A DNA stretch of 64,000 nucleotides. It comes from Fibrobacteria bacterium (GTDB lineage Bacteria; Fibrobacterota; Chitinivibrionia; Chitinivibrionales; FEN-1185). Under the pieces are notes generated by a model. It saw only the letters and a list, made by a program, of their open reading frames with translations. It did not search any database and was not told where the DNA came from. Position 1 is the stretch's first letter, and the number at the start of each line of letters is the position of its first letter. The stretch spans positions 16,318 through 80,317 of the forward strand of contig JBBIGR010000014.1 of assembly GCA_037447435.1 (NCBI GenBank), read 5' to 3'. This document shows, one piece after another, positions 1-9,589 of this stretch. Position numbers and translations under genes: made by a program.

Positions 1-111
1 TCCGGATTGAGCCGCAAGTTGATTAAGCAGCTGCTCGCAGGTAATACGGCAAACAGCATCAAACTAAAACTAAGCAAAATTTATAGCAAAATCCTTTTTC
101 CCCGATAACTA
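1..111 (+). CDS. C-terminal fragment of an upstream gene (translated: ...LSRKLIKQLLAGNTANSIKLKLSKIYSKILFPR*); possibly an HTH (LuxR-like) regulator tail
   Basis: Open frame 1 from window edge to TAA at 109-111; weak resemblance to the C-terminal helix of LuxR-type HTH domains. Too short to be sure. Confidence 0.3.
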
Positions 112-230
112 ATTCAAAGGGGCAAATTAAAGAGGTCTGTAATTCAGGTTTAATAAAGTGCTAAATTTGTTTTCCGTTCTCTGTTTCCGGTTTTTTGTAC
201 TACATTTCAACCAATGTCCGAGGAGGTTTT

Positions 231-761
231 ATGGATTTATCTCAAGCTTCAATCTCATCAGGCGGAGCCCAAGTTCAAAATGCGCAAGGGCATCATCACA
301 AGCATAAAAGTATTTCCGATCAGCTGTCCTCGATGTCGTCCGCGATCGATAACGCGGTGAAATCGGGTAAATTGACAGAGGATCAAGCAGCCGCAATGAA
401 GAAAAAACTTGATGATGTCAAACAAACCTTGGATAAGAACCAAACAACCGGCGGAAATTCTGCCGGTTCGCTGTCTCAATTGTCGGATGACGACAAAAAG
501 AAAATCTTCGGCGAACTTCAAGATGTCCGAAAGCAACTTCATTCCGCAATTGCACCGAAGTCTGCAGCAACCGGAACAACAAGCGATCAAATGAATAAAA
601 TGTTTGCAGCTATGGATGCAAATAACGATGGGTCCGTAACAAAAGAAGAATTCGCATCGTTTATGAGTTCTGTAGCACAAAAGGGTGGATATAATGCCCA
701 GGGAGCCATTTCATCGGACGCCGATTCCGGGGTTCAGGGCGGCCTTTCGGTATCTGCATAA
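231..761 (+). CDS. small EF-hand calcium-binding protein (hypothetical)
   Basis: ATG at 231 is preceded by GAGGAGG (221-227). The product is low-complexity and Lys/Ala/Gln-rich. It carries a canonical EF-hand loop, DANNDGSVTKEEF (DxNxDGx[VI]xxEE). Confidence 0.6.
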   Translation: MDLSQASISSGGAQVQNAQGHHHKHKSISDQLSSMSSAIDNAVKSGKLTEDQAAAMKKKLDDVKQTLDKNQTTGGNSAGSLSQLSDDDKKKIFGELQDVRKQLHSAIAPKSAATGTTSDQMNKMFAAMDANNDGSVTKEEFASFMSSVAQKGGYNAQGAISSDADSGVQGGLSVSA

Positions 762-951
762 CACAGAAAAATTGTCTTTTCCTTTTAAGAGGTACTTGGG
801 AAATCATTTCCGTAAGTACCTTTTTTGCTTTTTTCCAAATAAAAATCATTCCCTATATACGTCAAACTCATAATCGGTTATTTTAATCCGATGTACCGCA
901 ACCGGATAAATCCGGCCGCGATCACATCAACTTCTTTTTAAGGATTGCGAA

Positions 952-2691
952 ATGGCAAATAAAAATCTTGTCCTCGTTGAGCGCAACAAGCAAGATACTC
1001 TTGTACCCATGATAACCTTTGTGCCCGGACTTTCGCAACAAGAAGCCATACATTGCAATCTGTCTCATATGGCTTTGCTTTATGAAGATTGCCGCAATAA
1101 AATACGCAAACCGGATTTGCTTGAACCTGATTTTATTTTGAAATGCCAATATCTTTTGGACGAAGTTATTTCATGTTATTTAAAGGTCCAAAGAGTATCG
1201 CTACCGCTACAAATGAATGCGGTCGAAACCGCAAGTAACATCGTTCGGAGCATAACAAAAGACCATGCGGCATTTTTAAAACACCGATTGACCATTATTT
1301 GCCAAGAAACCGTTTCCACCGTTTTTTGGAACACGCTTGCCAGCCCCTCTTATGCCGCATGCTTTTCCGATTATTCTAATGGAAAAATTAGTTATCTGCA
1401 ATGTAAAAGGACCGTGGATTTTGCAATTCTTATCATCACCCTGACGGTGTTATACGGTTGTGACGACGATTACTATTCCCGAATCGTTGAAATGAGCGAT
1501 GCACTCGATAATAAACACGGAAAAGAATTTCCTGCAACCAAACGAGGGCTTTATCTGTGGCCATTAGATTTTTCGTTTATGGAAAATGACGCCGATTTGA
1601 ATATTGACAATATCGAACACCGCGCATTGTTGAAAGCGGCCCGCGTAATCAACCCCGGCGTAAAAGTACAGCCGTGCACGTCCCCATCCTTGCTTTGGGC
1701 GCGCGATACTATCGCGTGGGTCGGCAATGATTTATTCGTTGCCGCGGTCAAAGAGGATACCGAATCAAGCTTCGGATGCGGACAACTCAGCGAGGGCGGC
1801 AACATCATTGTCGGGGATCATAACGGACCCTTCATTTTTGTCAGTCAGGAAGCATTCTCCGACGTCGGCTCGGAACTTGCTTTTACCTATGAAATGGATA
1901 TGCGTAATATCCAAACCTATTCGCTGCCCGCCGGCTTTTTGTGGGCTCGGGACCCGGTTTCACAAACCGACTACGCTTTGGATTCAATCCATATCGATAC
2001 GGTCATAAATTTTATTCCTTCATCCGCAACGTGCGATGAAAAACCCAAGGTGATTATAGACCCGTTTTACCATTCCATGATTCGCAACAATGAAACCTTC
2101 ACAAGGTTTTTAGATCAAAAATCAATTACCGGCGACGATATCGTCATTGTTGACGAAAGTGAAAGATATTTGAATCTGCCGAATTTCAGCATATTACCCG
2201 ACCAAAACGGCGTTGGAAAATTCCTTTTCAACAAAGATAAGGGCCTGACGATTCCGAAGTTGCATTTAAAACCGGGCATTCTGGTTCAACCGGACATCGA
2301 AATTGTTAATATGGCCAGTGCATTCGGAACAATCCGCTGCGCAACAAACATGCTACCGATTTCGTATGTCAATGAAGCGAATCCGACGGCAATCATGATC
2401 TCCGACAATGTCCCTACGCCGGCGAAAGTCGCAATTGCCAACGCACTGGGTGCGAAAAAGCACCTGACAGCAATCCTGTCGAGCCTATTCGTCTCACGGC
2501 TCGTTTTTAGTATTGGGCCGCAAAACATCCCGTGGGAATATGATTATTTTTCGTCCACCGGTTATATTTACTTTACGCAAGAGATTATGGAGCAAACCGA
2601 TTTTGTCGGCAAAACAATTGCAGAGCGAATGGAATCTTTTTCCGCATCGCTGTCCGGACAATTAGGCATGGAGATTTCTTTGAAGATCTAG
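952..2691 (+). CDS. divergent guanidino-group-modifying enzyme (agmatine deiminase / Porphyromonas-type peptidylarginine deiminase superfamily) with ~170-aa N-terminal extension
   Basis: A 579-aa ORF carries motifs reminiscent of PF04371 enzymes. There are two W-A-R-D motifs (WARDTIAWV and WARDPVSQ), matching the family W[TL]RD. SEGGNIIVGDHNG matches EGGxxxxDGxGT, and HIDT may supply the catalytic His. FGTIRCATN matches GGxIHC[IA]T, the catalytic Cys. Assignment is from motif memory only. Confidence 0.5.
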   Translation: MANKNLVLVERNKQDTLVPMITFVPGLSQQEAIHCNLSHMALLYEDCRNKIRKPDLLEPDFILKCQYLLDEVISCYLKVQRVSLPLQMNAVETASNIVRSITKDHAAFLKHRLTIICQETVSTVFWNTLASPSYAACFSDYSNGKISYLQCKRTVDFAILIITLTVLYGCDDDYYSRIVEMSDALDNKHGKEFPATKRGLYLWPLDFSFMENDADLNIDNIEHRALLKAARVINPGVKVQPCTSPSLLWARDTIAWVGNDLFVAAVKEDTESSFGCGQLSEGGNIIVGDHNGPFIFVSQEAFSDVGSELAFTYEMDMRNIQTYSLPAGFLWARDPVSQTDYALDSIHIDTVINFIPSSATCDEKPKVIIDPFYHSMIRNNETFTRFLDQKSITGDDIVIVDESERYLNLPNFSILPDQNGVGKFLFNKDKGLTIPKLHLKPGILVQPDIEIVNMASAFGTIRCATNMLPISYVNEANPTAIMISDNVPTPAKVAIANALGAKKHLTAILSSLFVSRLVFSIGPQNIPWEYDYFSSTGYIYFTQEIMEQTDFVGKTIAERMESFSASLSGQLGMEISLKI

Positions 2692-2720
2692 AAAACCTTT
2701 GCAATGCCGGCGAATTGGAA

Positions 2721-4082
2721 TTATGCGGCTTTTAGGCGGAGCGTTACGGTTGTTCCATGATCATCCCGGAACTCTTCTTCCGGCCGCGATAGGACTTCAA
2801 TTGTTCCGCCGAAAAGTTCTACGAAGCTCTTTACAACGAGTAATCCCAGACCAGTACCCGACTCCTGATTGGTACCTTTGCGGGTGGTTTTTTCGCCGGT
2901 TTGGAAAAGCCTGTCCATAATACCACGGGGAATTCCAATACCTTTATCCACAACTTCGACCGTAGAAATTCCGTTATTGACTTCGGCACGTATTACGATC
3001 GATGATCCGGGATAAGAGAACTTTATTGCATTGGATAAAAGGTTACTGAGAACATGGTTGCAGAACATCCGGGGTTCGGCAAGAAACGTAATCGGACCGG
3101 AATCGGGCAATTGAATATCGAAGGTGATATCCTTCTGTTTCAACCTGTCTGCAACTAAAAATTTCACGCTCGATACCATTTGTTCAAGATGCACTTGTTT
3201 AAGCTGCAATGTTGCAACCCCCTCCTCCACTGCCTGAAGAGTTCTTACACTTTCGATAATTTCCCGAATATTCATGACACCGGTTGCAATACCGTTAATT
3301 TGGTTTTTAATTTGCTCTTTTTCCACTATTTTTTCCCGTCGCATCAATGATGCGTTTCCGTCGATAATCATGAGGGCATTGGCAATGTCGTGGGAAATCA
3401 TTGAAAGCAATCGCTGCTTGGCCAAAAGTGCGTTTTCCGTTGCATTTTTCTCCCGGAGTACGCTTTCAAGAAGAACGTTTTTGGCATTTCGTTCGCGTAA
3501 ATACTCGCGGAAAACGATGTACGTCATGCTCCCGTTTGTCAACAAGCAAATAATAAGAGACACCGACACACTGATGTATCGCTGGGAATTTGAAGCATAG
3601 AGGGTTATGACATTAGGATGTGTCGTCTCGATTAGGATGAGAATTGTAACAAAGGTGCATACTAAAAGGAGAGCGACCATTTTGTAAATGCCTTGAAATA
3701 CGATGATTGCCGCACAGGTGAGCAAGAAAAAGTAAAACACGATACCACCGCTAAGACCGCCTTCGATTATCCACCCGTAACTTAGAATGAAAAGAAAAAG
3801 CAGGTATACCGGTAGGACCAAAGACTTCCAAATCTTCATCTTTCGAGAAGCAAGATATGCCCCTACCGACACCAGCAGAGCGGAAAAGGTGATTAGATGC
3901 ATTGTCAATGTGCTTTGGGACAGCACATTGTCTATTTCAGCCACTATACCGGCACAAAAAACAAGGAACAACGTTGCGTTAAACGCCCTAGTTTCAAGGA
4001 TAACGGAGTCGGGATTTCCAAATAGAATTATTGCAAGAGCGCTAATCCGGGAGGTGATTGTTGGTTTTGCCTTGTCATTCAT
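2721..4082 (-). CDS. membrane sensor histidine kinase (7TM receptor-type N-terminus, HisKA + HATPase_c)
   Basis: N-terminal half is seven hydrophobic helices. The H-box is MISHDIANAL. The N/G boxes are LSNAIKFS and GTGLGLLVVKSFVELFGG. No response regulator is adjacent. Confidence 0.85.
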   Translation of the reverse strand: MNDKAKPTITSRISALAIILFGNPDSVILETRAFNATLFLVFCAGIVAEIDNVLSQSTLTMHLITFSALLVSVGAYLASRKMKIWKSLVLPVYLLFLFILSYGWIIEGGLSGGIVFYFFLLTCAAIIVFQGIYKMVALLLVCTFVTILILIETTHPNVITLYASNSQRYISVSVSLIICLLTNGSMTYIVFREYLRERNAKNVLLESVLREKNATENALLAKQRLLSMISHDIANALMIIDGNASLMRREKIVEKEQIKNQINGIATGVMNIREIIESVRTLQAVEEGVATLQLKQVHLEQMVSSVKFLVADRLKQKDITFDIQLPDSGPITFLAEPRMFCNHVLSNLLSNAIKFSYPGSSIVIRAEVNNGISTVEVVDKGIGIPRGIMDRLFQTGEKTTRKGTNQESGTGLGLLVVKSFVELFGGTIEVLSRPEEEFRDDHGTTVTLRLKAA

Positions 4083-4301
4083 TGCAAGTAGGCGAATCCA
4101 GTTGTTATATTGTCAAAGCCAAAGAACTTCATGGATAAACTCACAGATTCTCTGGCTAGTATAATCATAGCCGATTTTTAAAAAAAAGTCACGAAATAAT
4201 TAAAATTTCAGGGTTTTATTTCTAGCAAAACTAATTGTTGCAATATTTTTTTGTATTCCCCGTCTTATTTTATTCGGTTCTCAGCCAAAGGAGAAATATA
4301 G

Positions 4302-5218
4302 TGGCAAATAATAGCATCGAGGTTCAAAATTTCACTAAAAAATACGGAGATTTTTATGCCGTTAACAACATTTCATTTACCGTAGAAGAAGGTTCGGTAT
4401 TCGCTTTTCTCGGACCAAATGGTGCAGGAAAAAGCACGACAATAAATACATTATGCACGATTCAGGAAAAAACGAATGGAATGCTGCTTATAAACGGCAA
4501 TGATGTCACAAAAGACAAAACAAAAGTACGAAATGATATCGGAATCGTGTTTCAGGAATGCACTCTCGACGGTAAGTTGACTGTTCATGAGAATATCAAA
4601 CTCCATTGTGATTTTTACAATGTACCAAAAACCGAGGTCAACGACCGGATTGATTTTGTTCTGGACCTTGTCGATATAAGAACGTGGAAGAGCGCTCCGG
4701 TAAACTCACTTTCGGGCGGCTTAAAACGACGGGCCGAAATCGCAAGGGGGCTTGTTCATTTTCCCAAAGTTCTTTTTCTTGACGAACCGACAACCGGACT
4801 CGATCCGCAAACACGCGCAAATGTGTGGGACTATATCAATAAATTACAAAAACAAAAAAACATTACCATTTTTCTTACCACGCATTACATGGATGAAGCT
4901 GAAATTTGCAATAAAGTCGCCATAATCGACCATGGCGAAATCGTGGCGCACGACACGCCCTATAACCTGAAAAAGAAATATACGTCCACTACCATGAAAA
5001 TAAAAACATCAAACTCATTGCAACTGGCTCAGTTTTGCTCCGACCATTCGATGAAATCGTCTATGAGCGATAATCAAGTTACTATTTACTCGACGGATGT
5101 CAAAGGAATAATGGACATAGTTTCCCTCTTTAAGGAATCCATAGAAGATATCGAAATAAACAAAGGCACACTTAACGATGTTTTTATCGCAATAACGGGC
5201 AAGGAGATCAGAAACTGA
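4302..5218 (+). CDS. ABC transporter ATP-binding protein (ABC-2 exporter type)
   Basis: GTG start at 4302 follows AAGGAGAA. Walker A is GPNGAGKST, the ABC signature is LSGGLKRR, and Walker B is LFLDEPTTGLD. The stop overlaps the start of the permease (TGATG). Confidence 0.9.
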
Positions 5219-6045
5219 TGCGTGCGATTCAAGCGATTCTCATGAGAAACCTGATAAAATTCTTTCGTGACAGAATGCGTTTTATTTTCACCCTGTTCAT
5301 GTCGGCATTTTTTCTTTTCGTTTTTTCTTTTGTCATGAAATCAAGTGCCGCAGGCCTCGACCATCCCATGAACTACCTTATTTCCGGCATTATTATCATG
5401 ACGGTATTTCAAACTGCATTGAATAATTCCATGGACATTCTGGAAGACATTTCAAGCGGATTCATGAAGGAAATTTTGGTTGCGCCGATAGCCAGGTGGC
5501 AAATTGCCATTGGTCAGGTTCTATCGTCGACCGCCATTTCGGTTTTACAAGGAATAATCATAATCGGAATCGGATTCTTCATGGGCCTCTCGCTTGATAT
5601 ACCCCATACGATCGTCATGATAGGACTCATGTGCCTTGTCGGCATCACGTTCAGTTCAATGGGATTGTTTCTCGCGGCATTATCCAAAGAATCAACAACA
5701 TTTCAAATTGTTATTTCGATCGTAGCCATGCCGCTTACGTTTTTATCGGGCGCCTATATTCCAACGATGGTCATGCCCGCCATTTTACGCCCAATTGTTT
5801 TTTTAAACCCATTGACATACACAACGTCTATGTTCAGATATGTTGCTCTGCATATGGAAAAAATGTCGACTCCCCAGCTTTTAAAAGCCGGTGTTGCTTT
5901 TAACATTCACGGCAATATTATTCAACCGTATTTCGGCGTAATTCTGATCGTTGCAACCGGCGTGGTTTTTTTTAGCTTGTGCGTCGACCAGTTCAGTAAG
6001 GCCGATTTCTCTAAGGTAAAGGTTTTTAAGCGCGGCCACCGGTGA
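5218..6045 (+). CDS. ABC-2 family transporter permease
   Basis: Six predicted TM helices and an ABC-2-like architecture. It is translationally coupled to the ATPase. Confidence 0.8.
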   Translation: MRAIQAILMRNLIKFFRDRMRFIFTLFMSAFFLFVFSFVMKSSAAGLDHPMNYLISGIIIMTVFQTALNNSMDILEDISSGFMKEILVAPIARWQIAIGQVLSSTAISVLQGIIIIGIGFFMGLSLDIPHTIVMIGLMCLVGITFSSMGLFLAALSKESTTFQIVISIVAMPLTFLSGAYIPTMVMPAILRPIVFLNPLTYTTSMFRYVALHMEKMSTPQLLKAGVAFNIHGNIIQPYFGVILIVATGVVFFSLCVDQFSKADFSKVKVFKRGHR

Positions 6046-6116
6046 TCGAACGATCTGTTGTTTTCTTGAGTCATGCGATATATTTTTAAATCCCCTTACT
6101 CAAGAAAGCAATACCG

Positions 6117-7544
6117 GTGAATTCGCAAATATCCCTATTGGTAACCAACCGCTGGCGAGAAAAAGGCGGATATCGTGAACTCTTGGTCACGGCAATTCCC
6201 CTTATTTTAAGTACCGGCACCTGGTCTTTGCAAACATTTATCGACAGAATGTTTCTCTCTTGGTATTCTCCGCAGGCAATAGCGGCATCCATGCCTGCCT
6301 CGCTTTTGCAATTTACCATTATGAGTGTTTTCATCGGAACATGCAGTTATGCGGGTACTTTTGTCGCCCAATATTTCGGTGCCAATAATCATAAGCGCAT
6401 CGGAATTGTCATGTGGCAAGGAATTTATATTGGTGTTTTCGGCAGCATAATTGTCGCGTTGTTTTATCCTTTGGCCCCGCTGATTTTTAATAACATCGGT
6501 CATGCTGCCGAATTACAGCCTTTAGAAATCACCTTTTTTCAAATTCTTTGCCTCGGAAGTGCGGGCCCCATTGTCAGCGCCGTTCTGGCGGGCTTTTTTT
6601 CAGGACAAAACAAAAATTGGCCGGTCATGTGGGCAAATTTATTAACCACGCTGATAAATATCATTCTCGATTATTTTTTGATTTTTGGTCACGCGGGCTT
6701 TCCTCGCATGGGAATTGCCGGCGCGGCTTGGGCAACCGTCATCGCAGGAATTTTCCCGGTATGCTTTTACATTTTCCTCATGTTCTCGTCTGAAAACGAT
6801 AAAAAATTCTCGACGCGTTCCGGATATAAAATCGATTTGAAACTGATAAAACGGCTTTTGATGTTCGGATTGCCAAGCGGCATACAATTTTTTATCGACG
6901 TAGCCGGGTTCAGCCTTTTCCTTTTGGTAATCGGTCGCCTCGGGATAACACAACTCGCCGCAACCAATATCGCATTCAATATCAACACCGTTGCATTTAT
7001 GCCGATGATGGGAACAGGCATAGCAATATCGATGCTGGTTGGACAATACCTGGGAAATAATGAGGAAAAACTGGCGCAACGCAGTGCATATTCCGGATTT
7101 CATTTGACAATTTTATACATGACGATAATTGCCGCAACGTACGTTTTTTTGCCTCAGGCATACATTTGGTTTTTCTCACGCAATGCGGACCCGGTAACAT
7201 TTGCGCCTATTGCGGATTTGACAAAAACGCTTCTCAAATTCGTGGCATTATATTGTTTGTTTGACACAATGACAATAGTATTCTCTATGGCTGTCAAAGG
7301 CGCGGGCGATACGAGATTCGTGATGACCATGATGATATTGTTGTCTATTTTCGTATTGGTGATTCCGAGCTATGTCGCGATTGTCGTTTTTCACAAAGGT
7401 GTTTTTACCGCATGGCTCATCGGGACAAGCTACATCATCATCTGCGGTTTTGCATTTCTATTCCGATTTCTGTCTGGCGCATGGAAGAAAATGCGGGTCA
7501 TTGAAGCGCAGGAACGGCTTCCAGATTACGATTTCCCTCAATAA
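6117..7544 (+). CDS. MATE family efflux transporter
   Basis: 475 aa with 12 TM helices. Twin MatE repeats carry conserved GLPxG..F and LGxxxLAATNIAFNI-like segments. Confidence 0.85.
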   Translation: MNSQISLLVTNRWREKGGYRELLVTAIPLILSTGTWSLQTFIDRMFLSWYSPQAIAASMPASLLQFTIMSVFIGTCSYAGTFVAQYFGANNHKRIGIVMWQGIYIGVFGSIIVALFYPLAPLIFNNIGHAAELQPLEITFFQILCLGSAGPIVSAVLAGFFSGQNKNWPVMWANLLTTLINIILDYFLIFGHAGFPRMGIAGAAWATVIAGIFPVCFYIFLMFSSENDKKFSTRSGYKIDLKLIKRLLMFGLPSGIQFFIDVAGFSLFLLVIGRLGITQLAATNIAFNINTVAFMPMMGTGIAISMLVGQYLGNNEEKLAQRSAYSGFHLTILYMTIIAATYVFLPQAYIWFFSRNADPVTFAPIADLTKTLLKFVALYCLFDTMTIVFSMAVKGAGDTRFVMTMMILLSIFVLVIPSYVAIVVFHKGVFTAWLIGTSYIIICGFAFLFRFLSGAWKKMRVIEAQERLPDYDFPQ

Positions 7545-7756
7545 GGTCGATATCGCATTTTACAGGGACCTTAGTTTCTGGTGTACACATTTTGAGAACG
7601 GTATTTTTCCAAATAATTGCCACTTATTAAAAAAAAAATGCTTTTTTCAAATGACCCACTATCTTATATATGATATTGGCAAAATATAGGCAAAAATAAA
7701 CTTAACCCTAAGCATATTAAGCGATTAAATAAACTACTTTAATATCAGGAGGCGCC

Positions 7757-8863
7757 ATGAAAAAACTGTGTCTGTTATTTTTAATCGTAGGTTTGACTTT
7801 TACATTTACGTCGGCCCAGCAAAAAACCGTAGGCTGGTCACTTGGATATTATCCGACTTGGGATCATTCATATTCACCCGCGAGTATTCCTTGGGAAGCA
7901 TTCACCCATGTAGCAAATTTTCAGGTGTGGCCAAATAGCGACGGCAGTCTTGGCTTACCTGACGAGACCATGTCCAAACAGCTCATTTCCGAAGGGCATA
8001 AACGTGGCAAAAAAGTAATTTTTTGCGTTGGCGGCGCTGGCGTTGGCGACGGATTTAAAGGCGCTTGCTCAAATGCAAATAGAGGAAAATTCATTTCGAA
8101 TATTATCGCATATTTGAAAAAATTGGGATATGACGGTATTGATACGGATTGGGAAGAAAATTTTGACGATAATTTGTTCATGGCCTGGCATAAAGACCTC
8201 CGCGATTCGATAAACAAACTTAATCCGGTACCGAGCCTTTCCATTGCAGCCGAAGATTGGTATCCCGTTACCGGCAAGATTTATCCGTATGTCGATATGA
8301 TTAACGATATGTGGTATGGCGCAACCGCAGACAAGTATCCGGGAATACTTAAAACATTTACCGACCTTGGTGCTCCTAAAAGTAAATTAGGACCGGGATT
8401 CGGCGAAGATCCGTCTTCAGGAAATCTCAGTCCGCAAGCTTGCAAAGATTTGTGCAATATGGTGATAAATCAAGGCTATGGCGGCATCATGCATTGGGAT
8501 ATTGTAAACAATGGACAATGTGCTGCCGACTTTGCCGCCATAGCCCCTTTTGTTCCGGCACAAACAGGTATAATTGCAAATTCCCAAATTTCAAACGATA
8601 TGCCGCTTACTTTTTCAATCAAATCGGGTCGATCGGTAAAAGGCACTCAAATTTGCTATTCGATTCCTTCAAGTTCCGCCGGAAAAGCCATGGATATCGG
8701 AGTATATGATATAAAAGGAGCATTGGTGAAAACGCTTGTTCACGGGCAAGTTAATGCCGGTATCTTTTCAGTCCCGTTCACTCAGGCAGCAGCTGGAACC
8801 TATGTCATAAAATTCGCAGCAAATAATACTCTTCAAACGGCAAAAGCGTTTGTTACGAAATAA
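7757..8863 (+). CDS. secreted glycoside hydrolase family 18 (chitinase-like) protein with T9SS/Por-type C-terminal sorting domain
   Basis: Signal peptide MKKLCLLFLIVGLTFTFTSAQQ. The GH18 catalytic motif is DGIDTDWE (DxxDxDxE). The C-terminal ~80 aa (..MDIGVYDIKGALVKTLVHGQVNAGIFSVPF..GTYVIKFAANNTLQTAKAFVTK) fits the T9SS C-terminal domain pattern. Confidence 0.8.
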   Translation: MKKLCLLFLIVGLTFTFTSAQQKTVGWSLGYYPTWDHSYSPASIPWEAFTHVANFQVWPNSDGSLGLPDETMSKQLISEGHKRGKKVIFCVGGAGVGDGFKGACSNANRGKFISNIIAYLKKLGYDGIDTDWEENFDDNLFMAWHKDLRDSINKLNPVPSLSIAAEDWYPVTGKIYPYVDMINDMWYGATADKYPGILKTFTDLGAPKSKLGPGFGEDPSSGNLSPQACKDLCNMVINQGYGGIMHWDIVNNGQCAADFAAIAPFVPAQTGIIANSQISNDMPLTFSIKSGRSVKGTQICYSIPSSSAGKAMDIGVYDIKGALVKTLVHGQVNAGIFSVPFTQAAAGTYVIKFAANNTLQTAKAFVTK

Positions 8864-8891
8864 TTAAAAGCAGACTATTGAACTCGTTGCA

Positions 8892-8930
8892 AAGCCTTCC
8901 GCGAAATTGCGGAAGGCTTTTTTATTTTTT
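8892..8930. terminator. bidirectional rho-independent terminator between GH18 (+) and methyltransferase (-)
   Basis: The sequence is AAGCCTTCCGC-gaaatt-GCGGAAGGCTT followed by TTTTTTATTTTTT. The 11-bp GC-rich stem sits exactly between the convergent genes. Confidence 0.65.
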
Positions 8931-9524
8931 ATCGATCCGCATCCACATGTTCATTCCGGATTCAAAAAAACCTTTTGTGACCTTGCAGTCGCCAAATCGG
9001 GTTTTGTCAACAACGGAACAAAGCTCTTTCATAGAATAAGTGTATTTGTGATCATCGATTTCGGTTTTACTTAAAAACCCCGTTCTGGACAAAATTATAA
9101 GCAATGGCGCGGTCCAAGAAGGTGGACTTGTGAGAATAAGCGTCCCGTTGGTTTTTAAAACCCGATGAATTTCATTCAGTACATCCAAGAGGTTGCCGGG
9201 CTCCAAATGTTCGAGTACCGCCAGCATGGTTATTGCCTCAAAACTTTCATTATCAAAAGGCAATTTTTTTTCATTTCCAAGATCCCATTTCTTCAATTCT
9301 ATACCGTCAACTTCCCGTGCAGCGGCACCCAATTCCTGGTCAATTCCCGTTTTACGGGCAAATGCGGTTTGAGAAAGAAAATAAGGATAATTTCCGCAAC
9401 CGATATCCAAAATATGGCCGCTCCGTAACGTATCGGGAATAAGGGCGTTTGCCCGGCCGACTCGTTTTTTCGACAAGAACTTTTCTAAAATGCCAAAGCC
9501 TCTGGTTAGTCTTGGTTTTTCCAT
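8922..9524 (-). CDS. class I SAM-dependent methyltransferase
   Basis: Motif I ILDIGCGNYPY and a post-motif LKTNGTLILTSP support the call. The product is 200 aa. Confidence 0.8.
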   Translation of the reverse strand: MEKPRLTRGFGILEKFLSKKRVGRANALIPDTLRSGHILDIGCGNYPYFLSQTAFARKTGIDQELGAAAREVDGIELKKWDLGNEKKLPFDNESFEAITMLAVLEHLEPGNLLDVLNEIHRVLKTNGTLILTSPPSWTAPLLIILSRTGFLSKTEIDDHKYTYSMKELCSVVDKTRFGDCKVTKGFFESGMNMWMRIDKK

Positions 9525-9589
9525 AAAATAAAAGCATCCTCATTAATAATTTTTGACGACCAAATAGCCGCTTCCATTAAATAGACGCA

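Noticed and set aside
258-680. 140-aa ORF antisense to the EF-hand protein gene
   Set aside because: It lies entirely within a better-supported sense gene that has a strong RBS. The product is Cys/Arg-rich low-complexity, typical of antisense translation of an AT-skewed coding region.
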